Positions 1 through 11,347 of a stretch of DNA of 23,764 nucleotides are shown in pieces. The translations under genes and the position numbers were made by a program. The stretch is taken from positions 50,318-74,081 of the forward strand of contig CAXIUT010000006.1 in assembly GCA_964035545.1 (NCBI GenBank), read 5' to 3'. The first letter of the stretch is position 1, and every line of letters begins with the position of its first letter. The notes under the pieces are model-generated. The model worked only from the letters and a program-made list of their open reading frames with translations. It searched no databases and had not been told where the DNA came from. The DNA comes from Bugula neritina (lineage: Eukaryota > Animalia > Bryozoa).

Positions 1-88
1 CCCAACCCCCCAACCCAACCCCAACCCCAACCCCAACCCCAACCCCAACCCCAACCCCAACCCCAACCCCAACCCCAACCCCAACCCC
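1..88. repeat. Telomere, (CCCCAA)n; left end of a macronuclear chromosome
   Basis: Tandem C4A2 repeats at the very start of the window, with the C-strand on + as expected for a 5' chromosome end. C4A2 is the Tetrahymena-type ciliate telomere repeat. Confidence 0.97.
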
Positions 89-160
89 TTTTTGAGCATG
101 ATATAGTAAATATTAGATATATTTTTAATATGAGTTGATAGATATAAAATAAGTGATAGA

Positions 161-792
161 TCAAACTAACTTTTTAGGTTTTAATTTTTTGACTACTTCA
201 CTAGGATAAATTCTTTTTTAAGCTTTAGGTTCAAATTCTTTGATGAACTAATCTGACATTTATTCTCCCCATTTGTATCCAACAGTCATAAGCAATTCCT
301 TGAAAAACTAGCTATCTAAAAACCCACTATCTTTATCTGTTTCTTTATGATCTGATACGATTCTAAAAGCTTAACTGAGTTGTTCTTCAACATCGTCTTC
401 TCTCATTTTCTTTAAAACTATTAATTATGCGTCTAAGTCATCATTTATGTACCATCGAAGTTGACTCCTTATTCGTAGAGACCAGAACCTGGTTATTTTC
501 GTCTACTGAGTTATTTATAAAAATCTTTCAAGTCTTCTTCTGACACCATTTGTCCAATAGAAATCAAGAATTAACGTAGCTCGTCAAGGTCGAGGAGTCC
601 GTCGTTGTTTCTATCGAAGAGAGTGAAATTTTTGACATATTTTTCTTGCATGAGGATGGGTATATAGTTTTATCTTTTGTCTTTTGCGTCTGCTGCGTCT
701 TCGAAGATGCCTCTTAGTTGTGCGATTTGTCTATCTGCTGGTACTTTGGGTAGACTGTCGTTCAGGTTGACTTTTTATCTGGTATTTTCCAT
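161..792 (-). CDS. EF-hand (calmodulin/centrin-like) protein, 203 aa; one 20-nt intron (433-452)
   Basis: With UAR=Glu it reads MENTREKVNL...FTLFDRNNDGLLDLDELREFLISIG (canonical EF-hand loop)...EEQLSEAFRIVSD...DSGFLDSEFFKELLMTVG. Removing gtacataaatgatgacttag restores the frame to TGA at 161-163. Confidence 0.85.
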
Positions 793-857
793 AAGTTACA
801 ATAACAATACTCGATGTTAAATGATGATATTAATTGATTTGAAAAGATTTTAAATAT

Positions 858-1489
858 ATGAGCATTTTTGAGTACAACGGAGGTACTATCGTGGGCATGG
901 TAGGCAAGGACTGCGTGGGAATTGCTGCTGATCGTAGATTCGGTAAACAGATGATGACTCTCACTAATGATTTCCAAAGAGTCTTCAAAATGCAAGATGA
1001 CATCATTATGGGACTCAGTGGACTGGGTACTGATGTACAAACTTTTTCTGCTAAAATGGAACAGCAAATCAACCTCTATACTCTCAAAGAAAACAAACCC
1101 ATGAAAGCTAATACTTTTTGCAATTTGGTTGCATATTCACTCTTCGAAAAAAGGTATAATCTCATCAATTTAGATTTGGAGGATGGATTGTTCAACCTAT
1201 TGTTGCTGGTCTTGAGAAGGGTAAACCTGTATTGGCCAGTTACGACTCAATTGGTGCTCAGTGCATGATCTAGAAATTCGAGTGTGGAGGAACTGGAAGT
1301 GAATAGTTAATGGCCATATGTTAGGCATACTACTAGCCTGATATGAGTGAAGAGGAATTGGGTTTCAAATTACATCAGATTATAACTGCTGCATCTGATC
1401 GAGATATGTATTCAGGTTGGGGAGCTGTTGTGTATCTGGTGACTAAAGATGGAATCAAAACTACTTTCCATAAGAGCAAGCAAACTTGA
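858..1489 (+). CDS. PSMB3: 20S proteasome subunit beta type-3, 203 aa; one 20-nt intron (1154-1173)
   Basis: MSIFEYNGGTIVGMVGKDCVGIAADRRFG...GLSGLGTDVQT...LFEKR|FGGWIVQPIVAGL...YDSIGA...ICEAYYEPDM...DRDMYSGWGAVVY. Matches the beta-3/Pup3 signatures; ends at TGA 1487-1489. Confidence 0.96.
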
Positions 1490-1552
1490 TCAATGTGGTA
1501 TATCTCATTTTTAATATCTATTTAATGATTCTAAATCTGAAGAACTCCAATA

Positions 1553-2421
1553 TCATTTATTAAGGAAATTTGAGATCGATTGTATTATGTCTTCTTTCAT
1601 GTTGTAGTTGTTGTGGGTCATTCTTTTTGGGTAGACAGTTTTGGCAAGGTTTTTGTATGCGTTGCCAGATTAATATGTTCTTACTAACTTTTTGCCGTGA
1701 TCTACTCCAATTACTTAATCAGCTTATCCGTGAATAACTAGTAGTTATCCATTGAATTTGACTATTTCCTATTCATTATCGAAGTGTTGTTTTATAATAC
1801 AACCAGCGCAACCCATCATTCCCATTGATACACTTCTGATTGAGTCAAAAGGACTCATAAGAATTAGTTTTGGAATATTTCTGTTTCCAGATAAGTAACA
1901 AGCTCCTCCACTACCGATAGATCTTCCCATAACATTGATATCTTCTCTAGATCTTCCGCTTCTTAAGAGATGTTAGTAGAAGGAAAGAGAATCTTCTTTG
2001 ATATTGTTACTGATCAGAGCTGGACAACATTGAGAATAGCTACTATAAGTAGGATATTCTAACGCGTAAAAGGTGATATTGAGTTCTTAGACAATAGGTT
2101 CAAGGAATATTCCAACCAGACTTATATCTTCTGCATTTCCATGAAAATAGATAAAACACTTTTTTGATTTTTTACTATCAGCTGTAGACACTTCGGCATA
2201 AGGTATATTTTTTCCATTCTATATTGATAATCAAATACTGCTACAAAGGAGTGGAAGGTAGTATTGACTGGATAATCCTGTATGGAGTGATCTTCAGGGA
2301 AGTAGAAGTGATTTGGAGCCGGGAAGATGATGCAGTTGCATTAACAGCAGAGACAATCACAGAAGATATAGGCTCCACAGCGGACGAAAAGCTTGCAGAA
2401 TGAGGAAAGGCAGTCTGACAT
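1553..2421 (-). CDS. Alpha/beta hydrolase, ABHD17-like (Cys-rich N-terminus), 282 aa; one 20-nt intron (2219-2238)
   Basis: N-terminal Cys cluster (FCDCLCCECNCIIFPAP), YFHGNAEDI, EYPTYS, nucleophile elbow GRSIG, IHGEADEVI (catalytic Asp) and MTHN (catalytic His). Confidence 0.88.
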
Positions 2422-2508
2422 CTGATGATTTATTATTAATACTTATAATTGATGAATATTTGTGAGTATAATTGAAGATAGGCAAACGGATATATTAGTA
2501 CAAAATAA

Positions 2509-3806
2509 TCATGCTACAGGAAATATTTTAATTTTATTTCTGCATTTGTCGGTTATCCATCGACCCAACCGTAACTAATCGCATTCTGTTACAGCTAGAC
2601 AATCTTACTTCATCTTTAAATCGGTTACTATTCCATTAACTTATATCTATTTTAGTAATTGCATCTCATTGCCTTATCCTTCTATGCCCCAGATTTTTAC
2701 TACTCGATCGATGCCTGCACTTGCAAAGATGTTGGTTTGTTTTATGTTGTCTAGAGCGCTAATCCATCCTTTTGGATGAGCGTTTGGGTATTTGAAAACT
2801 GGTTTTGTTTTTTTTGTGTTCCAGAGATAGATTGAACCATCTTGGCAACCTGTGATAAATCGTTAAATGTTCACTGATCTGACTCTATCTATCGCATAGT
2901 TGTGACCTTTGAAAATTACTTTTGTCTATTTTTATGTCTTCCAGGCAATGACTTGATGGTCATATCCAGATGTTAAGAAGTCATTGGAGTTAATACAGTC
3001 GATATCTAAGACCTATGCGTTGTGTTAGTAGAAAGTTCCAATAAGACCTCTTTGTGAGAAATCCCATTGTTTGAGAGTGAGGTCAGCGCTAACTGAACAA
3101 AGATTATTGGAACCGACACCAAATTTGATTCCATTGATGGTATTTTTATGTCCTCTTAAGGTGTCAATCAGAGAGCAGCTGCGAGTATCCCACAACTTGA
3201 TTTGACAGTCATCTCCAGCAGTTGCTAGGACGTTTTAGTTGGAATGGAGGGAGAGGGAGAGGATGGAGCTGAGGTGATGGTTTTTATCTTTTCCTAAAGA
3301 AAGGAATTGTTTTTGTTTTGTTTATCGATCCCATTTGATGATACTTTTATCTTTGGAGCATGAGTAGATGTGCTGTTTAGTGAGCTAGAATGCGGTTATG
3401 CAAAGAGTGTGTCCTTTGTATTATATTGGTTCTTTGTATTCTTTACTTTTATACTATTCTGATAGATTTTAGAAGAGTTTATTAGTTTTTTTCATCTAAA
3501 TTATGACAAAAGTACATACTAATGGTTGATTTGTTCAGAAATAAGTGCATTTTATTCCTAATTTCTCTTTTTTTATTATTGATCAACCATAAAGAAATCA
3601 TCTTCTTCTAGTGATACTTTTTTTGGTGCTAATTTTGCTAAAGCCTATCTGGCCATTTGTTTTCTGATTTATTCTGGAGATTGCTGACCTGGGTTGATAT
3701 TAAGGGTGGGTTGGTGTTGTTATGTTTATGGTTTGTGGATGGGATGTTTTTTGTTGGAGCTTTTGAAGTTGTTTTTGTCTTTGCTTTTGTTTGTATTTTT
3801 TGGCAT
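2509..3806 (-). CDS. RRP9: WD40 protein, U3 snoRNA-associated U3-55K/Rrp9 homolog, 425 aa; one 20-nt intron (3496-3515)
   Basis: WD repeats (ATAGDDCQIKLWD, TLRGHKNTINGIKF, SVSADLTLKQWD, GCQDGSISLW, AHPKGWISAL). C-terminal DELRLGRW resembles the Rrp9 'EHRLGRW' motif; charged N-terminus. Confidence 0.82.
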
Positions 3807-4004
3807 TGTTGATTATAATGGGAGGTTAATTATTATTACTTGGAGTTAATTGATACATATTGATTTTCGATAAAATAATAAAAAGAGAAATATAAATTAG
3901 ACTTTACTATCCATCACAATTATGATGTTTTATTTATCAAATTTCTCCTTTTGATTTTATAAATAAACATATTGATGAAGTTAAATTTAATCAAGATAAA
4001 CAAA

Positions 4005-4877
4005 TCAAAACTTACGACTATGTTGTACATCTTGTTTAACATGGAACTGGTATTATTTTAATCTTACGCCTTGATCTTTTTTCTACAATTTAGTTGATCC
4101 ATTCAATGAAAATAATTTGTTTTGAGGTTATCCTTTCTTATTGTATTTTTATATCTTACTATGATTCTAGTTAAATGTTTTTACTATCTTCTTTGCACAT
4201 TACTTCATCAGTTGCTTCTTAGATATTGTCTAATCCATTAACGGCTAAGTTTTTATTACTTTCTTTGATACATTTTTTGTCTATCCGTTTTCTATTTTGT
4301 AGTCAGCACTGTAAGATGCTCCTAAAGTGGGAATAGATATCATTTTATCGTTGCCTATCGACTGTGTAAGACTAGGAATTGGAAGTAAATCGTCATGAGT
4401 TTGTTTTTTATCTTGTGAACGTTCTTAGTAATTCAGTCCTGTAAGTGCTCTTCTCATTCCGAGTTTATTACTGCTATAGACTTTGGTTTCATCTTGGTTT
4501 TTTTCATCAGATTTATCAAATGCTCTTGGATTATCGTTATATGTTGAACGAGCATGCTATCCAGAAGTTGGTAATGCATACTGGTAAATATTATTTCCTG
4601 ATGTATTACCTGATGCTGAACCTACATTGATGGAAAGGCTATTTATTGAACCATTGAGACTGCTGTTAGTATGGGTTGAGTAGTTATCTTGAGGAGAAGG
4701 TATTGCTATTAGATCTTCGAGATATCTATGAACTTAGTATGCGGATTTTAGTTTGAGGAGGGAGGTGATTTCATTGAGTGGTTTAATTAGGTGAGGCACT
4801 ATGCTGGTTTCTATGAATTGGAAGTATAGTTTGTTGAGGGATTCAACTGATAAAGTCATAATTCTGCCTGAGGACAT
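4005..4877 (-). CDS. Hypothetical protein, 290 aa
   Basis: Uninterrupted ATG-to-TGA ORF of 291 codons under UAR=Glu, divergent from the gene at 4980. No family recognised; the 3' end is uncertain. Confidence 0.65.
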
Positions 4878-4979
4878 TTAAATTTTTATAATTTATTGGC
4901 TCCAAGAGGGTCTATTTTGATCTTAAATAAAATATTAGGCTTCGAGCTTTCGACTGATTGCTTATTATTTTTTAAAACT

Positions 4980-5705
4980 ATGTCCGATTATCGCAAGAAT
5001 TAAATCCTTGAATAATTCAGACGACCATCAGGCAACAAATCATCTCGTTCTAAAGATTTCAAATCCAGAATACATCAATTCAGAGGTAAAGAGACTTTCC
5101 TCACAGACACTCAAACTTCTGATTATACTAAAAGTTCAGGATAAATCAACTTACCTCGCATAGAACACCTTTAAAATACAATCTAGAGGTTAGAAAAATA
5201 AAATTCAGAGCTCAAAAAACGAAACTTTTAACTCAAAGCTAATCAGTGTTTCGAAATAAACGAAGAAAAACTTAAAAATGTTATTAATTAGTCTGATCAA
5301 CTAAGGTCAGTACTAAAAAAAACACAATAAGAGCTTTAACGATCACGTATTGAGAGCGATTTTCATGAAAGAGCATATAAAAGTATGAAAGAATAATGTT
5401 AAGCTTTAGTAAAATAACTAGTAATGCTTAAAACATCTTCGAATAGTACATCCAGAAAATATTAAAAAAACATATACACTTCAAGAGATTAAGCATAAAG
5501 TTCTAAAAGTAGAAATTCATCCAAATAAATAGGTCTTTTGAGTAAAAGAAAGGAATTTTCTCAATTACGCAAGGATAGATAAGAAAGATAGAGTTCCAAT
5601 ACTCATAAGTCAAATTTGCTTAAAGGGAGTAAGAGTGTATCAGGATTGACTGAAGATTATTATGGAGGTCAGAAAAGTCGTACAAGACAGTATAAAAACC
5701 ATTGA
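4980..5705 (+). CDS. Hypothetical coiled-coil protein, 241 aa
   Basis: Open ATG-to-TGA frame of 242 codons under UAR=Glu, with heptad-like segments (IEHLENTIERLEKENSELKKRNFELK). Confidence 0.75.
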
Positions 5706-5754
5706 GTTGATGTTTATATTGACTAGTTTTTGGAATAACTTATATTCAAATATA

Positions 5755-6169
5755 ATGATCCATATAACTAAAGAGCAGGAACCTCTCTATCAAGAAGTAA
5801 TTTATTAGCTAGCTAGCTTAAATAAACTGAAAAATAAATGAGATATGCAGCTGAACAGGCTAAAATATACGATAATTCCTTGAATTTGCTTAATCGTACA
5901 ATCAAAAAGAACGAACTTACCATGAAACAGCTTTAGAAGTTAGCTGGAAATCGATCTATTTATGTTCCCATGGGCAGAGCGTACTTTATTAGTTCCGTAG
6001 TTTTCTTAAAAAGGACAAAGATGCTACTATCAAAGATTTCAACGAAGCTAATATCAACTTGGCTAAGAGTTGTAAAGAGATGGAAGTCAAAATGAAGACC
6101 TATTCTGATAGAGCTAATGAAAAATATAAGGTTTTGAAGGAAGGGACTGAAAAATTGACCAAAAAATGA
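5755..6169 (+). CDS. PFDN1: Prefoldin beta-type subunit (prefoldin 1-like), 124 aa; two 20-nt introns (5797-5816, 5981-6000)
   Basis: Coiled coil / beta-hairpin / coiled coil layout with KKNELTMKQLEKL...IYVPMGRA|FLKK, typical of prefoldin 1. Length fits after removing both GTA..TAG introns. Confidence 0.8.
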
Positions 6170-6233
6170 TTGTTGACTCAATGTATCAAGTTATTTAAGA
6201 ATTATTCTTATTCTATCTTATTGTTTGAATAAA

Positions 6234-7055
<822 letters not shown>

Positions 7056-7517
7056 TTGTATGATGTAATAAATATAAAAATAATAATTTTGAAAATATTC
7101 TTCAAAGGTAGTATTTTTTCATGAAAAAAATGTTTTAGAATGTTTTTGTTTATTTTATTTTTGATTAACAATAATAACAACTGAATTTTTATTTTTATTA
7201 TTTGGAATATTCTTCAGTATTCTAAAGGTAGTTGGGTAAAATACATTATCTTAACTGTTCAAAATATTAAAAATAATATTCAAAAGTAAAGAGAAAGCGC
7301 ATTTTTGCAAAAAGCCCCTTAAATTCAAATTTTTAAAATAAAGAAAAAAACATAAAATATCGAAAAATACTAAGAAGAATCAATAAACTAACTTTACATA
7401 AGTTATTTGATTATTGTTGATTAGAATTAATCTTTTATTGAATATTTTAATAAACATTGCCTCTTTAAGTGTCTGAGTATTTTAGAGCTTATATCTCAGT
7501 TAAATTAAATTCTACGT

Positions 7518-8510
7518 ATGTCAGACTAAAAGTTCAAACACAATTTCTTTTAAAGCTAAGAACATAAAATACCACTCTAGTGTATTGCTAAATCAACTGA
7601 TGCTCTTGTCTCACCCTTTTCTCCTCTAGTTGAATTTGATTCCAGCCATCAATCTTCAATGGATACTAGCTTCGAAAATTTGATTAATCAATAAAGCATC
7701 AAAAACATTGAAGAAGCTATCAATTGCTTTTTTGAGAATTGTTTGAGAGACAATTAATCTTTCAGTCAAAAAATAAAAGATGAAGAGATCGGTGAAATGA
7801 AGTCTTTCAACTTCAAGAGATATAACTAGTTGGAGAATCTCATAACATTTAATCAGTTTCTTTAGCCTTAAATGAAGAGTCAACTTTATGGAATTCTAGA
7901 GAAAGAATAAAGTCTTTTCGGTTTGCTACAAGAAGCGCCAAAAAAATTTGGAATAACTGTAGCTTAAGAAATAATCTTTGTAATTTATCATATATTGAAA
8001 AACAAAATCAGCTAGTTTTATACTCTCATAAATGCTAAGTTAATTATTCCTAAAATGCATTGTTTATATCACTGGTAATCAAATATTTTTGAATAAATTG
8101 CAAAGAATAATGAAAAATATGAGAAATAGCGTAATTACTAACAAATAATACCGTAAAAAGTAATCAATTTTTCTGAATAAAATATAGAAAAAATAGCTTA
8201 ATAGTTATATTGTTCAAAAATAGCTATTTTAAGTTTAAGAAAAGAATATTGTTAATTAAAAAAATAACATAATATTCTTAAATAGTTTACAAAAATGATA
8301 AAAAAAATATCAAAAACTGTTTTTCTAACATTAATAGGATCTACTTAGTCATCATCTGGCAACTAAAATTTAATTTTGCCTGATGATTTTAGTTTTATCG
8401 ATTTATCTTAGGAATAAGATCAATATAATGTATCTTTGGCTAGAATTTTTACCCCGAATGAAGAAGAGTAGAATTTTGAAGTTTTAGGTAAAAAGAGGAA
8501 GTTTTAATGA
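7518..8510 (+). CDS. Hypothetical protein, 330 aa; acidic C-terminus ending in the NLS-like LGKKRKFE
   Basis: 331-codon ATG-to-TGA ORF under UAR=Glu; no family recognised. Confidence 0.7.
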
Positions 8511-8563
8511 TTGTTAATAGTTTATAAGTTATAATTGAAGATATTACAAAATAAAATTTATCA

Positions 8564-10207
8564 TCAATGAAAAAGGTGATCATTGAACATGACATCCTCA
8601 TATATTTTTCTATATTGAGGGAAAGATCCTAATCTTGTTGATAGTATTTTGATATCTTTTAGTGCCATCCAATGCTGGTAGAGTTCTTCGTTCATGCGAT
8701 ACATATCAGTGATAATACATTGAGACTATGTTAATATAAATATACTTTATTTTTTAGTTGAATATTTTATTGTTTGATTTGGTTGGCTTCTGTTAGTATT
8801 TTAGCTTAGATTTGTTTATCACATCCATTCTAAAGTAATTTTTTATTAATTTATTCTTCTTTTTTACCTATTCTACTCAACAATTATGCTTCTTTTATTT
8901 TATGGAGTTCATTAATTCTGGCAATATCTGCATTAAATTATGCTTTAAGAACCATGATTTCATTCAAAAGATAAGCATCTTTAGATTATGCTATTTGTTG
9001 AATCTAGTCTCTGTATTTAACTTATAAACTTTATTTTACCATTCTTTCATTTTTATAGTTTTTTTCAGCTTATCTTGCGATATCTTGAGTTTATCTTAAT
9101 CTTTATTGAAGTTAAGCATTTTTACTTTAAAGTTGTTGAATTGCTGATTAGAAACTTCCTTTGAAACGATCGATTTGTTAAACATGATTCATTTATCTCT
9201 AATTAACTGCTTCTTCTATTTTTTATTTATTATTTTCAGCAGCATCAAGTTTTCTGATCAATAGTTCATTATCTTTGATGACTTTTTTCAACTATTTCTG
9301 CAATTTTTATATTTGAATCTAAGTATAATGCTAATTACTTATTTTTAATTTTTATAGTTTAACAATTTTTAATCTCTTTCTTTTTCTACTACTTTTTTAT
9401 AATGATAGAGTTCTGATTGTAGATGTTCTTCAATATTTTTATGAAAGTTTTCTACAAGATGATCACAATTATCAAAAGAAACTCCATCAATAAGAGCTTC
9501 AAAACTTCTCAACTTATTTCTCATATCTCCTATTTGTCTATATTAATTATATTTTACTTGGAAATGGGGTCATTTGGGTCAGATTTTGAGTTGAATATGG
9601 GATTAAAGAAAATTGTTAGTCCATGTGATTTATCTTTTATCTTTTTTATGTTTTAGTTGAGATAGTTCATTTGTTATTTTAATGTATTTATACATTTTGT
9701 CACATTTTTCCTTGTATAATTGTCACTGACTGCCACTTTTACTGCTGGCCTTGATAAAATCTCATTTTATTTTTCTTATTTTCTGTCCTCAATTAAAGAG
9801 GAAGATCTGTGTTTGATGGGTGAGATCATAGCTAAAAAGCTTTTTCCTCTTTTATGCTGACTATTATTAGCAATGGGAATATTAGGATCTTTGTGTTCTT
9901 TGTTGATAGATTGATTTTGTGATCTTTGATCTTCAAATAAGATCTTTTTGGGTGTGATTGTTTGTCTTGCAGTTTTGGCTTGTCTGTTGGTTTCGTATGT
10001 TCTATATTTAGTGAGGTCTTTGGTTTGAGGAAACTCATCTTAGATGTCATAGTCTACTTTGCGTTTGGTGCCTGAACTCTGGTTGAAAGATTTATTGATA
10101 GTATTTTCAAGGTTGAACTGTTTCTTTCTTTTGAGGAAGTCGAACAGAGTTTCATTTTATCCTACTGCATCTTTGTTAAGTTTGCTTTTTAGTGCTGACT
10201 CACTCAT
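8564..10207 (-). CDS. Hypothetical coiled-coil protein, 527 aa; three 20-nt introns (9538-9557, 9319-9338, 8726-8745)
   Basis: Three GTA..TAG 20-mers each restore the frame. Long E/K-rich heptads; ends in tandem TGA TGA (8564-8566, 8561-8563). Confidence 0.78.
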
Positions 10208-10331
10208 AACGATATATATAATAGCTTTATTTTATCAATAAAAATTACTTTTTCTACATATCAACTATTTCAAATCTTGTCTTAATTAGTCATAAAAAAA
10301 TGACTCTTAGCATCGTTCAGTTATAATAATA

Positions 10332-11032
10332 ATGAACAAGTATCAAAAGAAAAAAACAGCCAAAAATAAATAAATTCAATCAATAGCTGCTCTTCAGCAA
10401 CACCTATTTAGCGAATTAGATAGCGTGCAGCAAAACAAATATCTACCTGAATAAACTGAAGCACCTTTTAGCTAATTTTAATAACATAACGCAACAGTTC
10501 ACTATCGCCCAACTCATTAAAAAATATTAGACAAAGCTAAAAACCTAGTAATTTACTTATTATTTAGACCTATTCAAATAAAGGGAAAATATAGCAAGTG
10601 AGAAGAGAAGTCAGGAAACTTGAAGGAGAAAACAACGATTTTATGACTGGAGTTAGTCTATTTGAAAGATAAGTACCTCATTAAACGAGATATCTTGACT
10701 AAGATAGTAATGCTTAAAGATCTGACATCGAGTAAGTTAGATGATCTGTAAGAACTGAGAAGAATGATAAAAAAGACTTAGAATAACTTGAAAACTTATA
10801 GTCAAAGTGTACTATTGGATTAAAATAGCTTTACAAAACACAAACAAAAGTAGTCAGTGCAGCTGATCACTGTGGTTGGGACTTGGATACCAATTTAGCA
10901 ATCAAAATAAGTAAATGCAATTTAGATCAAATGCATCCTCGCCCAAAACAGTCAAAGACATCAACTACAGCTTCCTAGCAAATTAGAAGAAGGACAACTA
11001 GTTCATATAATCCAAGGAGGACAAAATTATGA
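10332..11032 (+). CDS. Hypothetical protein, about 219 aa; 20-nt intron 10548-10567 and a probable atypical 21-nt intron 10732-10752 containing an in-frame TGA
   Basis: The frame is open from ATG 10332 after the first intron, apart from TGA 10742-10744. The same frame continues about 95 codons to TGA 11030-11032. Confidence 0.6.
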
Positions 11033-11056
11033 TTTTTTGTTTGAATTATAATAATA

Positions 11057-11310
11057 ATGAAGGTAACGATCAACGCCTGGAATGCAGTTTCAACCTGGAA
11101 GTGGGATATCTAGAACGAGTAGTGTTGTACTATTTGTCAATTGCATTTGAGGCTCCTTGTCCTCGTTGCAAGGTGCCTGGAGATGACTGTGTGCCTATCC
11201 AAGGGATGTGTTTGCATCATTTCCACTTGCATTGTATATTGAAGTGGACAGAAGAGGGGTCGTCGGAAGATTGTCCTCTTTGTAGGAAGAAGTGGGTGGT
11301 TAAGAATTGA
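11057..11310 (+). CDS. ANAPC11: Anaphase-promoting complex subunit 11 (RING-H2), about 84 aa; apparent 1-nt deletion near 11138-11142
   Basis: MKVTINAWNAVSTWKWDIENEECCTICQ in one frame and AFEAPCPRCKVPGDDCVPIQGMCLHHFHLHCILKW...CPLCRKKW in the -1 frame. Both halves match APC11 signatures. Confidence 0.9.
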
Positions 11311-11347
11311 TAGTGAGTGATTGATAAATACTGAATAGTAGATGTAA

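Noticed and set aside
762-1072. Minus-strand ORFs 762-1067 and 830-1072 from the track
   Set aside because: Antisense shadows of PSMB3 with no recognisable motifs.
10300-10335. Short upstream ORF overlapping the 10332 start (ATGA)
   Set aside because: Only 11 codons and probably upstream of the transcription start given the very short leaders; no support for function.
10568-10700. Alternative frame read with TGA=Trp
   Set aside because: It needs two TGA readthroughs, while another frame is open; conserved Trp residues elsewhere in the window are all TGG.
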